Positions 52,015 through 64,000 of a stretch of DNA of 64,000 nucleotides are shown one piece after another. A model generated the notes under the pieces. The model did not search any database, was not told where the DNA came from, and saw nothing but the letters and a program-made list of their open reading frames with translations. Each line of letters starts with the position of its first letter. The first letter of the stretch is position 1. The stretch is taken from positions 164,362,001-164,426,000 of the forward strand of contig OZ024741.1 in the NCBI GenBank assembly GCA_964016885.1. The letters run 5' to 3'. This DNA is from Eledone cirrhosa. Lineage: Eukaryota. The position numbers were made by a program, and so were the translations under genes.

Positions 52015-52210
52015 TATAACGAAGGAGGTGTGGTAAGGAACCAGAAGGACCATAACGCAGCAGAGTACTCAATACTTAGGATAGTAGAGTGGGTAATAGG
52101 ATAATGTTTAACCTCGATGGCAGAGCTCAAGCCGTTTCGACGACTATTTCTGGACAGAAATAGCCATCGAAACGGCTTGAGCTCTGCCGTTGGGGTTAAA
52201 CATTTTCTTA
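52015..52210. mobile_element. Second copy of the fold-back half-hammerhead element
   Basis: Shares ataacgaagga..tgtggtaaggaaccag...gagtgggtaatagga with 37945; hairpin arms ~52098-52210. Confidence 0.65.
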
Positions 52211-52964
52211 TATATATATATATATGTGTGTGTGTGTGCGTGTATATATATATGTGCTCATGTTATTAATGTAGATTTTCACTGAACCTATATATATAAA
52301 GAATTATAGAACAAAAAAAAAAGGTTGGTGGAGTTAATATCAAATAATCATACTTAAGAAACGAGAAAGGAAAAAGACTAGTAAGATAAGAAAACTGATC
52401 ATTTAGTGTATAGTTAGTGATAGAAAACATAATAGTTATATATGACATGATAATGATATATCACAACACATGACCATATAATAAGTGATATAGCATTACA
52501 GAAACACTACATAATCTTGATATCTCATTCAGTATCATGTGATATTTCATATTTCTACCAACATAGCAACAGTATTGTATGTGGTAGAGAATAACATGTT
52601 GTCAACTGAATAGTCTCTCTATATATATATATACATACTCACACCTGATGTTCTCAATACATACAGGGTGTCTCAAAAAATGTATACACACTTCAATTAC
52701 TTATACAGGCAATATTTATTAGAATGCTGTTGAAGTGTTTATACATTTTTTGTGGACCTTCTGTGTATGTATATATATATATACATGTGTGTGTGTGTGT
52801 GTGTGAGAGCTTGTGTACCACAACATACTGGTTCAACAAAAATGAGTTCAATAAAATAAGAACCAGACTTGAAAAATATAAGTACTAGGGTTGATATTGA
52901 CTAAATTCAAGGCCATGTCTCACTATGGTTGCAGTCTAATGACTCAAACCAGTAAATGAATATA

Positions 52965-55900
52965 AGAACATAATCAAAAGTTCTACGTAAGGCCCAAATA
53001 TGTGGGGGAGGAGGGTGATACGTTTGTATGATGGGGATCGATTAAATCGAGCCCAGTGCATTACTGGTACTTTATATTATCGACCTCGTAAGGATGAAAG
53101 GCAAAGCTAACCTCGGCGGCATTTTAAATCAGAATGTAAAGGGACGTAACTCTACACCACAAAGCATGGTGTCCGACGCTTTACCAATTCTGCCAATTCA
53201 CCACCCTTCCTATATTAATAATAATAATAAATATTTCTAAATTACATGTAAGACCAGCATTTTGGTGGAAGGGGAATGTTTGTTTATGTCAACCCCACTA
53301 CTAAACTGGTACTTTATTTTATCGACCCTAGAAGGATGAAAGGCAAAGTTGGTCTCAGCAAGGTTTGAACTAAGAATGTAAAGAACCAGAATTAAAATCC
53401 AGAGAACATTTTTTATAGCAATTCTTCCAATCGACTGCTTTTAATAATAATTGTTTCTACTTGTTGCACAAGGCCAGCAATTTGAAGGGAGAAGGGAATG
53501 TCAGTTATATTGACTCCAGTACTTCAATGATGCTTTATTTTATTGACTTGTGGAAGGCTGAAAGGCAAAGTAGACCTAGCGGGATTTGAACTCGCAATGT
53601 TAAGAGCCAGAACAATTACCACAAGGCATTACTTTCAGCAGTCTAATTATTCTATCAAATCATCACCCTAATGATAATAATCATTAATATTTCTTTTACT
53701 TTTAATTTATAAAAAAATGTTTAATAATTGTTTCTATTTTTGGCACAAGGTGAGCAATTTGAAGGGAGGGCAAAGTGGATTTAATCAACCCCAGTACATT
53801 ACCGGAACATTATTTTATTGAGTCTGTAAGGACGACAGGCAAAGTTGACCGTGGTGGGATTTGAAACGAATGTAGAGGGCCGTAATGTAATACTTAGGGG
53901 CATTTCATCCGACACATTAACAATTCTGTTAACCCACTACCCTTTAAATAATAAAAATTATAATAGTAGTAGCAGTAGAGTTTAACATTGGCATAAACCA
54001 CACTTTCTGAGGAGGTGTATTTTTAGTTAAACTGACCCCAGTATTGGATGGTGGTTATTTTATCAACCTTGGAATAATGAAAAGTAAAATTGACCCTAGT
54101 AAGATTTGAACCCAGAATGCAGTGGGATGAAATGATATTATCTTTGTAAGATATTTAGTTTGGTAATTCTATATTCTGATGACATTGATGATGATAATAA
54201 TTTCTTACATTGCAACATTAAAGCTCGTATTTCTGCTCCTTCAAATTTAGAAAATTTATAGTGATGCTTATTCTGAAACTTTGCTTTAGAATGATTGTAA
54301 ATTAGAGTGGCCACCCAAACATCAAAACCTGACAACAGACCAGCATCTACTGACAATTCTGCCATATGTTGAGTACAGAATATCTGTCAGCCTAGTAAAC
54401 TGAGGTAAGCAGATTATTCTCTCATGTCAAATGACCAACCCTGCTCTTCATTGCAACAGATCCTTATTATTCTGCTTGGTAAAGAAGGTGAGGGTGGAGA
54501 AGGAATAGCTGCTCCCAGTACATTTGTTAAAAAGTAGACAAATGTTTGAACTATTCTTAACATGCACCTGCAGGCAGGAGAGGAAAGAGGGGCTCTTGTT
54601 TGTTGTGCTGTTGATGATCAGGGTGATTTCACATTTGTGGGGTTCCTTAATTACTCCTGGATGGTGCTCCACACTTTTGGGGGAATTTGGGGAGAGGGGT
54701 AAGTCGTTTAAATCGACCCCAGTGCATTACTGGTACTTTATTTTATCGACCCCGTAAGGATGAAAGGCAAAGATAACCTCGGCAGGATTTTAACTCAGAG
54801 CGTAAAGCGCCATAACTCTATGCCGCTAAGCATAATGTCCGACGCTCTATCGATTCTGCCAATCCACTGCTCTAATAACAACCATGATAATAATATCAAA
54901 TAGGATTAAGAAATGGAGGTTTTTTTTCTTTCTTTTATAGTAATGAAATTGAAATTCCATTAACTAAAATCACGAACATGCTGAATTCCTGAAGATACAA
55001 CAGTAAATTTAGAAAAAAAATTTTGAAATAAACCTTCACCAAACCTCAGAAATGACTCCCACTTTTTAAAAATACAATTTCATCTCATGACTTAAATCAT
55101 AGATGAGATAGACTGTATAATGTAATAATAACAATTTCTAATTTAGGCACAAGGCCAGCAACTGAGGGAAGGGGAAGTTGAGTATTTGACTGGTACTTTA
55201 TTTTATTGACCCTGGAAGGATGAAAAGCAAAGTTGAAATCAGAACATAAAGAGCTAGAACAAGTATCACGGCACATTTTGTCTGATAGTCTAACAATTCT
55301 GCTAATCAGCCACCATCTAATAAAAATAATTGCCTCTTACATAGATTCAAAACCAGAAAGATTGGGAGAAGGAAACAGCTGATTAAATCAACCTTGATTA
55401 TTGACTGGTACATTATTTTATTGAACCTTCCCAGGTAAAGTTGACCTTAATGGGATTTGAAAACAGAATGTAAAGGGCCATAATTAAATATTGCAATACA
55501 TTTGATTTAACAATCTAGCAATTCTGCACACCCATTGCTCTAATAATAATAATGATTTCTACGAAAGGTACAAGGTCAAGAATTTTTGGGGAGGGGAAAG
55601 TCGATTAAATCGACCCCAGTGCATTACTGGTGCTTTATTTTATCGACCCCATAAGGATGACAGGCAAAGCTAACCTCAGTGGGATTTTAAATTGGAACGT
55701 AAAGGGCCATAACTCTATGCTGCAAAGTATGGTGTCTGGCATGCTACCGATACTGCCAATCACCCCCCCCCCCCGCCCGCAAAAAAAAAAAATAATGGTT
55801 TCTGATTTAGGCACAAGGCCAACAATTTTGGTGAAGAGGAAAATCGATTATATTAACCCCAGTACTTGTCTGGTATTTTATTTTATCAACCCTGTAGAGG

Positions 55901-55975
55901 TGAAAGGTAAATTTGAACTCAGAACATAAAGAGCTGGAATATAGGAAATTTGTCCAACACTGTAACCATAGTGCC
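52965..55975 (-). mobile_element. Head-to-tail cluster of ~10 cephalopod-type tRNA-derived SINEs
   Basis: ~220-250-bp diverged units separated by (AAT)n. On the minus strand: A box tggcagaatcgg and B box gagttcaaatcc. Confidence 0.82.
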
Positions 55976-57825
55976 ATTAACAGTGATGGAATGTTCCTTC
56001 TCTAAAACATGAAAATATTTTCCCTGCAAATCATTTTTGTTTCACTTTTTAATCTAACAAAAATGAATAAAACTGATGGATATAAATAAATAATGAGAAA
56101 TTAAAACAGGGGTGATAGGGACTAGTTCTGGTGGAGTGGGGGGTAAACAACACATGTTCGATAGCTGCCAAAAAAATGTCAAGCACCCCCACCTTCCTCC
56201 AGAAACTATTGAGTGACTGCTGGCTGAGTTGGTAGCATATTGGTGGATCATATTTCCTTACTGACACCTCCCTGTGTATCCTTGGTGCTGGAGAACTATA
56301 TAATGAATATTTCATTAACCTGCAGTGCTGAGTTCACTTCTTAATGAAGGCAATGAAAATAAAAACCTATAAGGTTCATCTAATGCTTTCTCCTTCGAAA
56401 AAAAAGACAAAAAACTCTCAGCCCCTTGAATTTTGAGACAATCTCCTCCTACACACCAGGAGAAGGGATATAGCTACTTGTACCACTTTACAAATTTTCT
56501 CCTAGAGGCTCTGTTGAATTTAACTGTATGTTTCACACTATCATCCTTTTAATGCTATAATGTCAAAAAAAAAAAAATGAACTTCATATATCATTGAAAA
56601 TTGCATCACTTGTGCAATATTCTTAACAGGCTTTCTAGTTTAACCTTGTGGAATAAACTGTTTTTTTCCCCCAACCAGAATACGAAAAAGCCATTTGATG
56701 TGAGGATTCAACCAGTTTGATTAAATCTTTGGAAATAAGCAGTCATATTTAACCTTACATTAGTAATTTGATGAGCCTAATTTTTATCATCATCATCATT
56801 TTACGTCCGCTTATATATATGTATGTACATATATATATACAGGATTAATTTAATATTTCCAAGGTAACATTAAAAAACTTTATTATTTTAAAACATGTAT
56901 TGTCCTATTTACATTACTTTAGCCCTCTAAAATACTGTTATACATACATATATCAGCATCATTGTTTAACGTCCATCTACCACACTAGCATGGGTATATA
57001 TGTATAGAAAAAGAGTCAGGACCCTAATATATATATATATATAACACAGGCTCCTAGGAGAGTAAGTTGATAGGTTTTTCATCAAAAGTCTTACTTGATA
57101 GGTTACTGGTCAACTGTTTGAATTGCCAGGTCACTGGTCAACAGGGATCATTTCCTGACAAAAGACACTTAAGAAAATCAGTATCATATGTTCTCCTGAT
57201 GTAAACAACTGATGAGTATTTTGTTAGCCTGTAATAGTGAATTCAAATCCTGCCACTGATATAGTTAGGAGATAGATCAGGACTGACTTGACTGAGCTAC
57301 TCCTCATGAAGAATTGAAAATCCTTTGTGGAGACCTAAACACTGATTAAAGAAGATCCTAAACTGGCACAGAAGTGGCAAGTTGGCATCAGACAGAATGA
57401 TATGCAATGTTTGTTCTCTGACTTCAAATGCCACTGAAGTCAATTTTATCTTTCACCCTTTCAAGGTTAATAAAAAGAAACTACCAGTTCAGTGCTGTAG
57501 TCAATTCTTCCTCTATATCACTCTCACTTCTCTATCACTCTCTCTTGGCTTCTCTGGAACAAATTGGCTATGTTTCCACCTGGAGAGGGGATGGGTTCTG
57601 CCAGGTTTAAATTGGCCAAGATATGATGTATGTGAACAGCACCCCTATGAAATCTTCAGGAGTTATATGTCCATACAAACCAGCACAGCTCTTTAAATAG
57701 TATCTATGAGAGTATTTTTGTGTGGAATAATTATAGGCTAAGGGCTACCACTATCTGATCTTTACTCACAGAAACAAAATAGCTGTAAACAAATAAACAA
57801 TAATTTTATGAAGCTTTGAGCAAAT

Positions 57826-58129
57826 TTGAATTTTGAAATTTTGTTAGCTTTATTGTAAGCTGCCACAATGCAGGTTTGACTATAAAATAGTTGAACAAGC
57901 TGGGCATATAACCCCTAGCAATGGAACAACATGGACTGAGTCACCTTTTGTGATGAAACACATATCTAGCAGTTGACCAGCATATGGCAAATACGAGTTC
58001 AATTTCCACAGATGAATCTGTCTATTATTTTCTGTCTGTAGTGGTTTATAAGTCGAATTTGTTCAACTATTTTCAGTCAAACCTGTAGTGTAGCAGCTTA
58101 AAATAAGCTAACATACTTTCAAACTTCAA
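57826..58129. mobile_element. MITE-like inverted repeat (~70-bp arms)
   Basis: tgttagctt...taagctgc..caggtttgact..aaaatagttgaacaa versus ttgttcaactatttt.agtcaaacctg...gcagctta...aagctaaca. Confidence 0.65.
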
Positions 58130-58361
58130 TCTTTTTTTCTTCAATCATCTGACTAAGGCTTGAAACCTACAAATTCTTACAGATTTCAATATATATCGAA
58201 ATAGAAGAAAAATATAAAATTACAAAAACAAACAGAAACAATAATCGAAAATCAAATAAAATATCTTAGATGGGAATTCTTGTTTTTCCTATTTTACATT
58301 GCAAATCGAAAGATTTTATTTTTGTCCATTTTCAAAATCATGCTATAAATAGTTCCACGTG

Positions 58362-58457
<96 letters not shown>

Positions 58458-59181
58458 TCTCTATCTATATAATGATAAATAATTAAAGTAAGAATTGTTT
58501 TCCAAGACCTTTAAAGCAAAATTACTTTTACAAATACAAAATTAATAATATCGAAAAAAAAAGAAAATGGATGAGGAGGAAATAAATTTGATTAATTCTA
58601 GTTAAAGGTTTATAATTTACATATTTCACTTCAGTATTATAAAAAGAGTTGATAGAATCCTTTTTTTTTTACTAGGTATAAGAGTATATATCTTTCGATA
58701 TCAACCCAACCATTTTAAATAGTTCCTCCTTCAATTAAAACCTTGCAACATAATTTTATATAACAGCATTTTGTTACAAATACCATCTTGATGAAATGAT
58801 AATTTTAGTAAATACTTCCTAAATTATTTAATTACATAAAATAAAGAGTATTTCATTAAAAATATGGTATCAAAAGGGTTTAGGGAATGGGGGAGAGAGA
58901 GATGTTGCAGTCTTCATACTTTTCTAAAGAGTATTTGTGGTGTAAGTGTAAGGAAAGTTGCTTTTTCAACCAGGTTGCATGATCAACTTCTTGGGAACCT
59001 TATAACCTCTCATTCTATGAAACTCCCTAGAAAATGTGTTTACAGTCATGTAGAAAACACAAACAAATAACATGGAAAAAGAAACAGAGAGAAAAAAACA
59101 TTCATTAATCCTGAGAAAGAAAAATAGAATAGAAAGAAAAAAAGGACATTTTTTTTTCTGTCCAGAAACCTGTCTTATAAA

Positions 59182-59215
<34 letters not shown>

Positions 59216-59484
59216 GAGATTTTTCAATTTGAAAAACATTAATTTTAATTTACACTGGAATAATTGCTGGCCTTGTGCCAAAAGTAGAAACAATTAATTT
59301 TAATTAATTATGTTTGAAAAAAAACCCCAGAAAAGAGAAGACTAGATGAGTGCTGCAGGAGTGAGATTTAAACGGGTTTTCTTTACCATTAATCTCCACT
59401 CTTCTAAACACCCAGCTCTCATCCTAACCCCTTCCTACCACAACAGACATTGTAGTAAATATGTATGTATGTTATAGTGGTGTG

Positions 59485-59537
<53 letters not shown>

Positions 59538-59559
59538 AGAGATGGAGAGAAAGAGAAAG

Positions 59560-59593
<34 letters not shown>

Positions 59594-60069
59594 CAATTTT
59601 GAGAAAATTAACAGTGGAATTCTTGAGAGAAGAATCTTAAAAAAAATCAGAGAAAATTAATTGATTATAAAAAGATATGAGAAATGCTTTAAAGAATTCT
59701 TTATAGACTTTCCAGCTAGGAGAATCATGCATCAGTAGGTTTAATTAGTTGAATATGAAATTACTTTAATATCAGAATGGCTCTTTTAAGACATGATATC
59801 GGTAATTTTCTTATGTGGCATCACCCATTGACATTATTTTCTTGAATTATATATATATATATATATACATACACACATATATATATATATATACTTACGT
59901 ATATATATATATATATACATACATATACAAACACGTATATATGCGTGTTTTTGCACAATTTTTAATTTATTTCTTTAACTATTTTTTTTTTGATTTTGTG
60001 TATGTATGCATAATGAAACTATTTTTCATATGAAATATGAAATTTCCTTACACGCACACAAGTGTGTAT

Positions 60070-60101
<32 letters not shown>

Positions 60102-60172
60102 GTGTGTGTTTGTGTATATATATGTGTATATGTATATATATATATAATGTATATAATGTATATATGTATGTA

Positions 60173-60215
<43 letters not shown>

Positions 60216-61362
60216 TTATATATACACACACACATTTATAGATTATATATACATATGTACATTATGCATTAAGTATGTATGAAGGTATGTGTGTGTATGT
60301 GTGTAATATATTTACTAAACAGTTGCTAAAGATGTCAAGCTACTTGTTGAGAAGAAATCTGTAAAATACAGACAACAGGAATAAAGTAAGAAAAAAAAAA
60401 TTTTTTTCTCTTCGTTATTTCATCATCATCACTTCAGCAGTGATAATAATTGTTTTAGTTGTTCTTATCATTGTTCACAAACCTTTAAAAAAAATTACAC
60501 ACACTCACTTACACACATACATACACACAAACCAACAAATACACACACAAAATGAATTGCGATCTCTGCTGCAAAATATAGAGGTTAAGCTCAGCAAGTT
60601 GATTGATTTGTCGAAAATTTGAGCCATATATTATAGGATGAAGAATGAAGAAATTTGTTCTGTCTCTGTTTTCTTTCTCAGAATCAATCATGTAAATTAT
60701 CTCATCGTAGAGAGATTTGGTGTTTCTTTTGAAATATTATATTTGTCTTTCTTTTTCCTTCCTTTCTCCTCATACCTTTCATTCTTTTTTATTCATTTCT
60801 GTATGATTACTTTGAAGTGGGTGGTGGTTGTGGTGGTAGGTGAGGTGAGGTAAGGGTTCTATTTTGTTGTTGTTTATCATCACCAACTGGATCAGGTATA
60901 GTCCACCTCGGATAAACCAAGCCATCGGGTTAAGAAAACAGATAAAATATTACTTTATAATTTTATTAAGTTTTCGTTTCTTTTTTCCCTCTTTTATCTG
61001 CTAAAAGTTTCATATCATTTTCTGTGTAGATATTTTAATTCATTTATATTTTTTCATATGATTTAAAAAAATTTTGTTTAATAGTTATAACAAACCAAAA
61101 ATTAAAAAAAAACAAACAAACAAACAAAAAAAAAATGATTTCTGGTAAATTTTTTTTTTTTTTTGCATTTTAAAAGACCAGTTTTTTGTTCACAGTATGA
61201 TGGGGAGTGGGGAAGTGGGTTTGAAAGTTATCCAAGTTATCAGAGAAGATGCTGATAGTTTCGTTGCAGCAAAATATCTGAAGAATGTTTTGATTTTGAG
61301 TGAAGGAGGCAGTTTGCAAGTTTCAGAATATCTGTCCAGTTTTATATATATCTATATATATA

Positions 61363-61539
61363 TCAGTATACCCAACTAACTGGTACCCACTGTGCTGTCA
61401 CAGAGATATCTTTAATGGCTAGTTCAAGACTCTGAATAGTTTCTTCAATGTCATTATTTATTATTTTCATGTCAAAGTAATGTCCATAAGCTTTTTCAAG
61501 AAGCTCACTCTCCCTGGCTAGCCGTTCTAAACTTCCATC
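61363..61539 (-). CDS. CASK: Terminal coding exon of CASK/Lin-2 (MAGUK, end of the guanylate-kinase domain)
   Basis: Acceptor gtttttcag|GAT, phase 0, 58 codons + TGA: [58 protein letters not shown]. Matches the CASK-family C-terminus (QWVPVSWVY). No upstream exon was recognised within the window. Confidence 0.88.
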   Translation of the reverse strand, partial: DGSLERLARESELLEKAYGHYFDMKIINNDIEETIQSLELAIKDISVTAQWVPVSWVY

Positions 61540-62720
61540 CTGAAAAACAGAATAAATCAGGTATAAATAATTACATGTAAAGACACACAACATAAATATA
61601 AAACACGCATAATACCGACACATCCATGGGTGTGTATATATATATATATATAAACACACACACATATATGTGAGCCTTTAGCTTTGCAGTGGACAAAGCA
61701 AAACTCTCTAGTGTTGTACCAAGATAAAATGCACCCATAACACTACAAGTGACGACTGAGCAAAGACAACATAGTCATTTAGCACACTAGTAATTTTTCA
61801 TGAGTTGTTTCCCTTGACATTGCATTATCTATTAAGGGGAGATTACTCTATGGTGCCCTGTGTTGCCAACAGCATGTTAAAGGTTAAGAATTTAACAACC
61901 TGTGTAGCACTAGTGTCATGATAAAATTCACCCAGTACACCCAGCAAATTGCTTCTGATCAAATGTGTGGGTGTCTCAGTCATGATGAATCATTTATTTA
62001 AACCAAAATCATGCAAATTGCATTTTTTTAATTTGGTTATATTGCAAGTCAAATGATGGTGATTCCTGTGGGTGATGGGGCTAAGCTTAGTTTGCACTAT
62101 TATATATTTTTTTATCCTTAACCCTGCTCTGCACAAGTCAGGACACAGACTATTTTGGGTCACATATAGATGGCAGATACTTAGTTGTAATGATCAGATA
62201 CATCTGTGACAATGAAATACTGCCACTTCTGTAGTTTTCTCATTCACAAGGTGTAATATAGGTGTAAACAGTCTCAATTCTTCAGTTGTTAATACTGTTA
62301 CACTCTACTTTGAGCTATTCCATAACAGAGATTGTCCAGTTATGTCAACTATGGGCATCATAACAACAACAATGGCTTGGAATTGAGCTGGTGCTAACCC
62401 TTTTTATCATTAAACAGACTATTTTACTCAATATATATCCCCCCAATGTTTCTTGTTGTTCTCCAATGTATTTCCCTCATATACTGCCCCAAATCTCTTG
62501 GGTCAACAACAAAATATATTATTATTATTATTAATTAATAAAGAAACCATTATTATTAATATTATCATACTTTCTTTTGGGGGTTTTAAACAATTTCTCA
62601 TTAGGTCATTACTTATGACTCGAGGCAAGAGAAAGTGTGTGTGTGTGAGAGCAGTTGACTTTAGCTGGGTGTATCGGCTATAAAAACAGCCCTCACAGAA
62701 AGAGATGCATGTTTGTATAT

Positions 62721-62759
<39 letters not shown>

Positions 62760-63744
62760 GTAACAATTTCATAAAGATATCCAAGGTGCAGAGCATTCAG
62801 TCAATGGGACCAGTTTTAATATATTATTAAATTCAATACTATAGTGTTTAACCCATCATTTAATCGTCATTTAACCCTTTAGCATTTACATTACTTTATA
62901 TATATATACTTTTATATTTACTATTATATTTTCACGGTAAAGGCTTTAATCTCACATAATATCGAATCTATGAGGTTTTTCTTATTCATTTTGAGAACAA
63001 TACCTTAACGTCAGCATGAGCGACCGGTTACATCCAGTTTGAACTGAAAGAGGTGAGAGAATTCTGGTTGGATATGGCTAGTTTAGATGCTAAAGTGTTA
63101 ATGTCTGCTCTCCATGCTGGCATGAGTTTGATGAGACCACATTTCACTGATACATTCCTTTTGGTCATGATAATAATGTCTAGTATTGGTATAAGATCAC
63201 AAACTAGAGATGATTCACAACTCTTTGCAGTGTGTAAATAGGACAAATGTTATCAACCATGGTAATGGTATATCCCTTAGGTGTAATAACAATGGCAACA
63301 GTAATACTAACAATAATATGTTTAACTAGGCAGAAGGGTGAGGGAATACTTTCAAAGGGGATGATGTCACTGTGGCATTCACCCTTTCTTCCTAAAGCAT
63401 TATCTAAGTGAAATAAAATGGTTTCGGATAAGTAACCACTGTAACATTAGTTTGCCAAGAATTAAATTCTTGGCCTGACATTGCTTTTTAAAACTATGAC
63501 ACAAAATCACAGATTTGTAAGGAAGGAGAGTTATGGTTAATTTAAGCTGATATTACGGACATTACTAGAACTAATTTTATTAACTCTGGTAGGATAGTCC
63601 AGCTTGCTATAACTGTTTGTCCTCCCTACCACCACCACATGACTGTGGTAGTGGCGGCAAAGACGACAATGACAACAGACAGAAATATATAACGATGTTA
63701 AAATTGTCATTTCACTGTTTGCAAATATAATAATAAAAATAATA

Positions 63745-63925
63745 ATAATAATTGTTTCTACTTTTGGCACAAGGCCAGCAATTACCCAGTACATTACTGG
63801 TACTTCATTTTATCGACCCCGTAAGGATGAAAGGCAAAGTTAACCTCGGCGGGATTTGAACTCAGATCATAAAGGGCCGTAACTCTATGCTGCAAAGCAT
63901 GGTGTCCGACCCTCTACTGATACTG
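63745..63925 (-). mobile_element. Cephalopod-type SINE in the CASK intron
   Basis: Same core and B box as the other copies. Confidence 0.78.
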
Positions 63926-64000
63926 TAGGACTGTCATGAGATCAAGGTCATCGCGATTGTCATAGGAGCACTAGGTACTATCTCAAATACTTTTCAAGGA

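Noticed and set aside
63028-63246. 72-aa minus-strand ORF as another CASK exon
   Set aside because: No similarity to guanylate-kinase domain sequence and no convincing splice sites.

Overview
AT-rich, microsatellite-dense eukaryotic DNA, most likely octopus/cephalopod (inferred from the tRNA-derived SINE family present; not provable from this window). The only confident host coding sequence is the terminal exon of a CASK/Lin-2 MAGUK gene (minus strand, 61363-61539). The rest is mostly decayed mobile elements: Tx1/L1, RTE and CR1 LINEs, hAT, Merlin and Tc1/mariner remnants, MITEs, SINEs and two Penelope-like elements (PLEs). There is also a ~12 kb block of G/T-rich satellites carrying a ~7 kb tandem duplication. 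The most notable signal is a cluster of about a dozen type I hammerhead ribozyme (HHR) motifs from several unrelated sequence families. Many lie in asymmetric fold-back palindromes within (TA)n tracts, with a ribozyme on each strand; these include a core-insertion variant and hammerheads broken by an inversion junction. All structures were paired by eye. Repeat boundaries are approximate.
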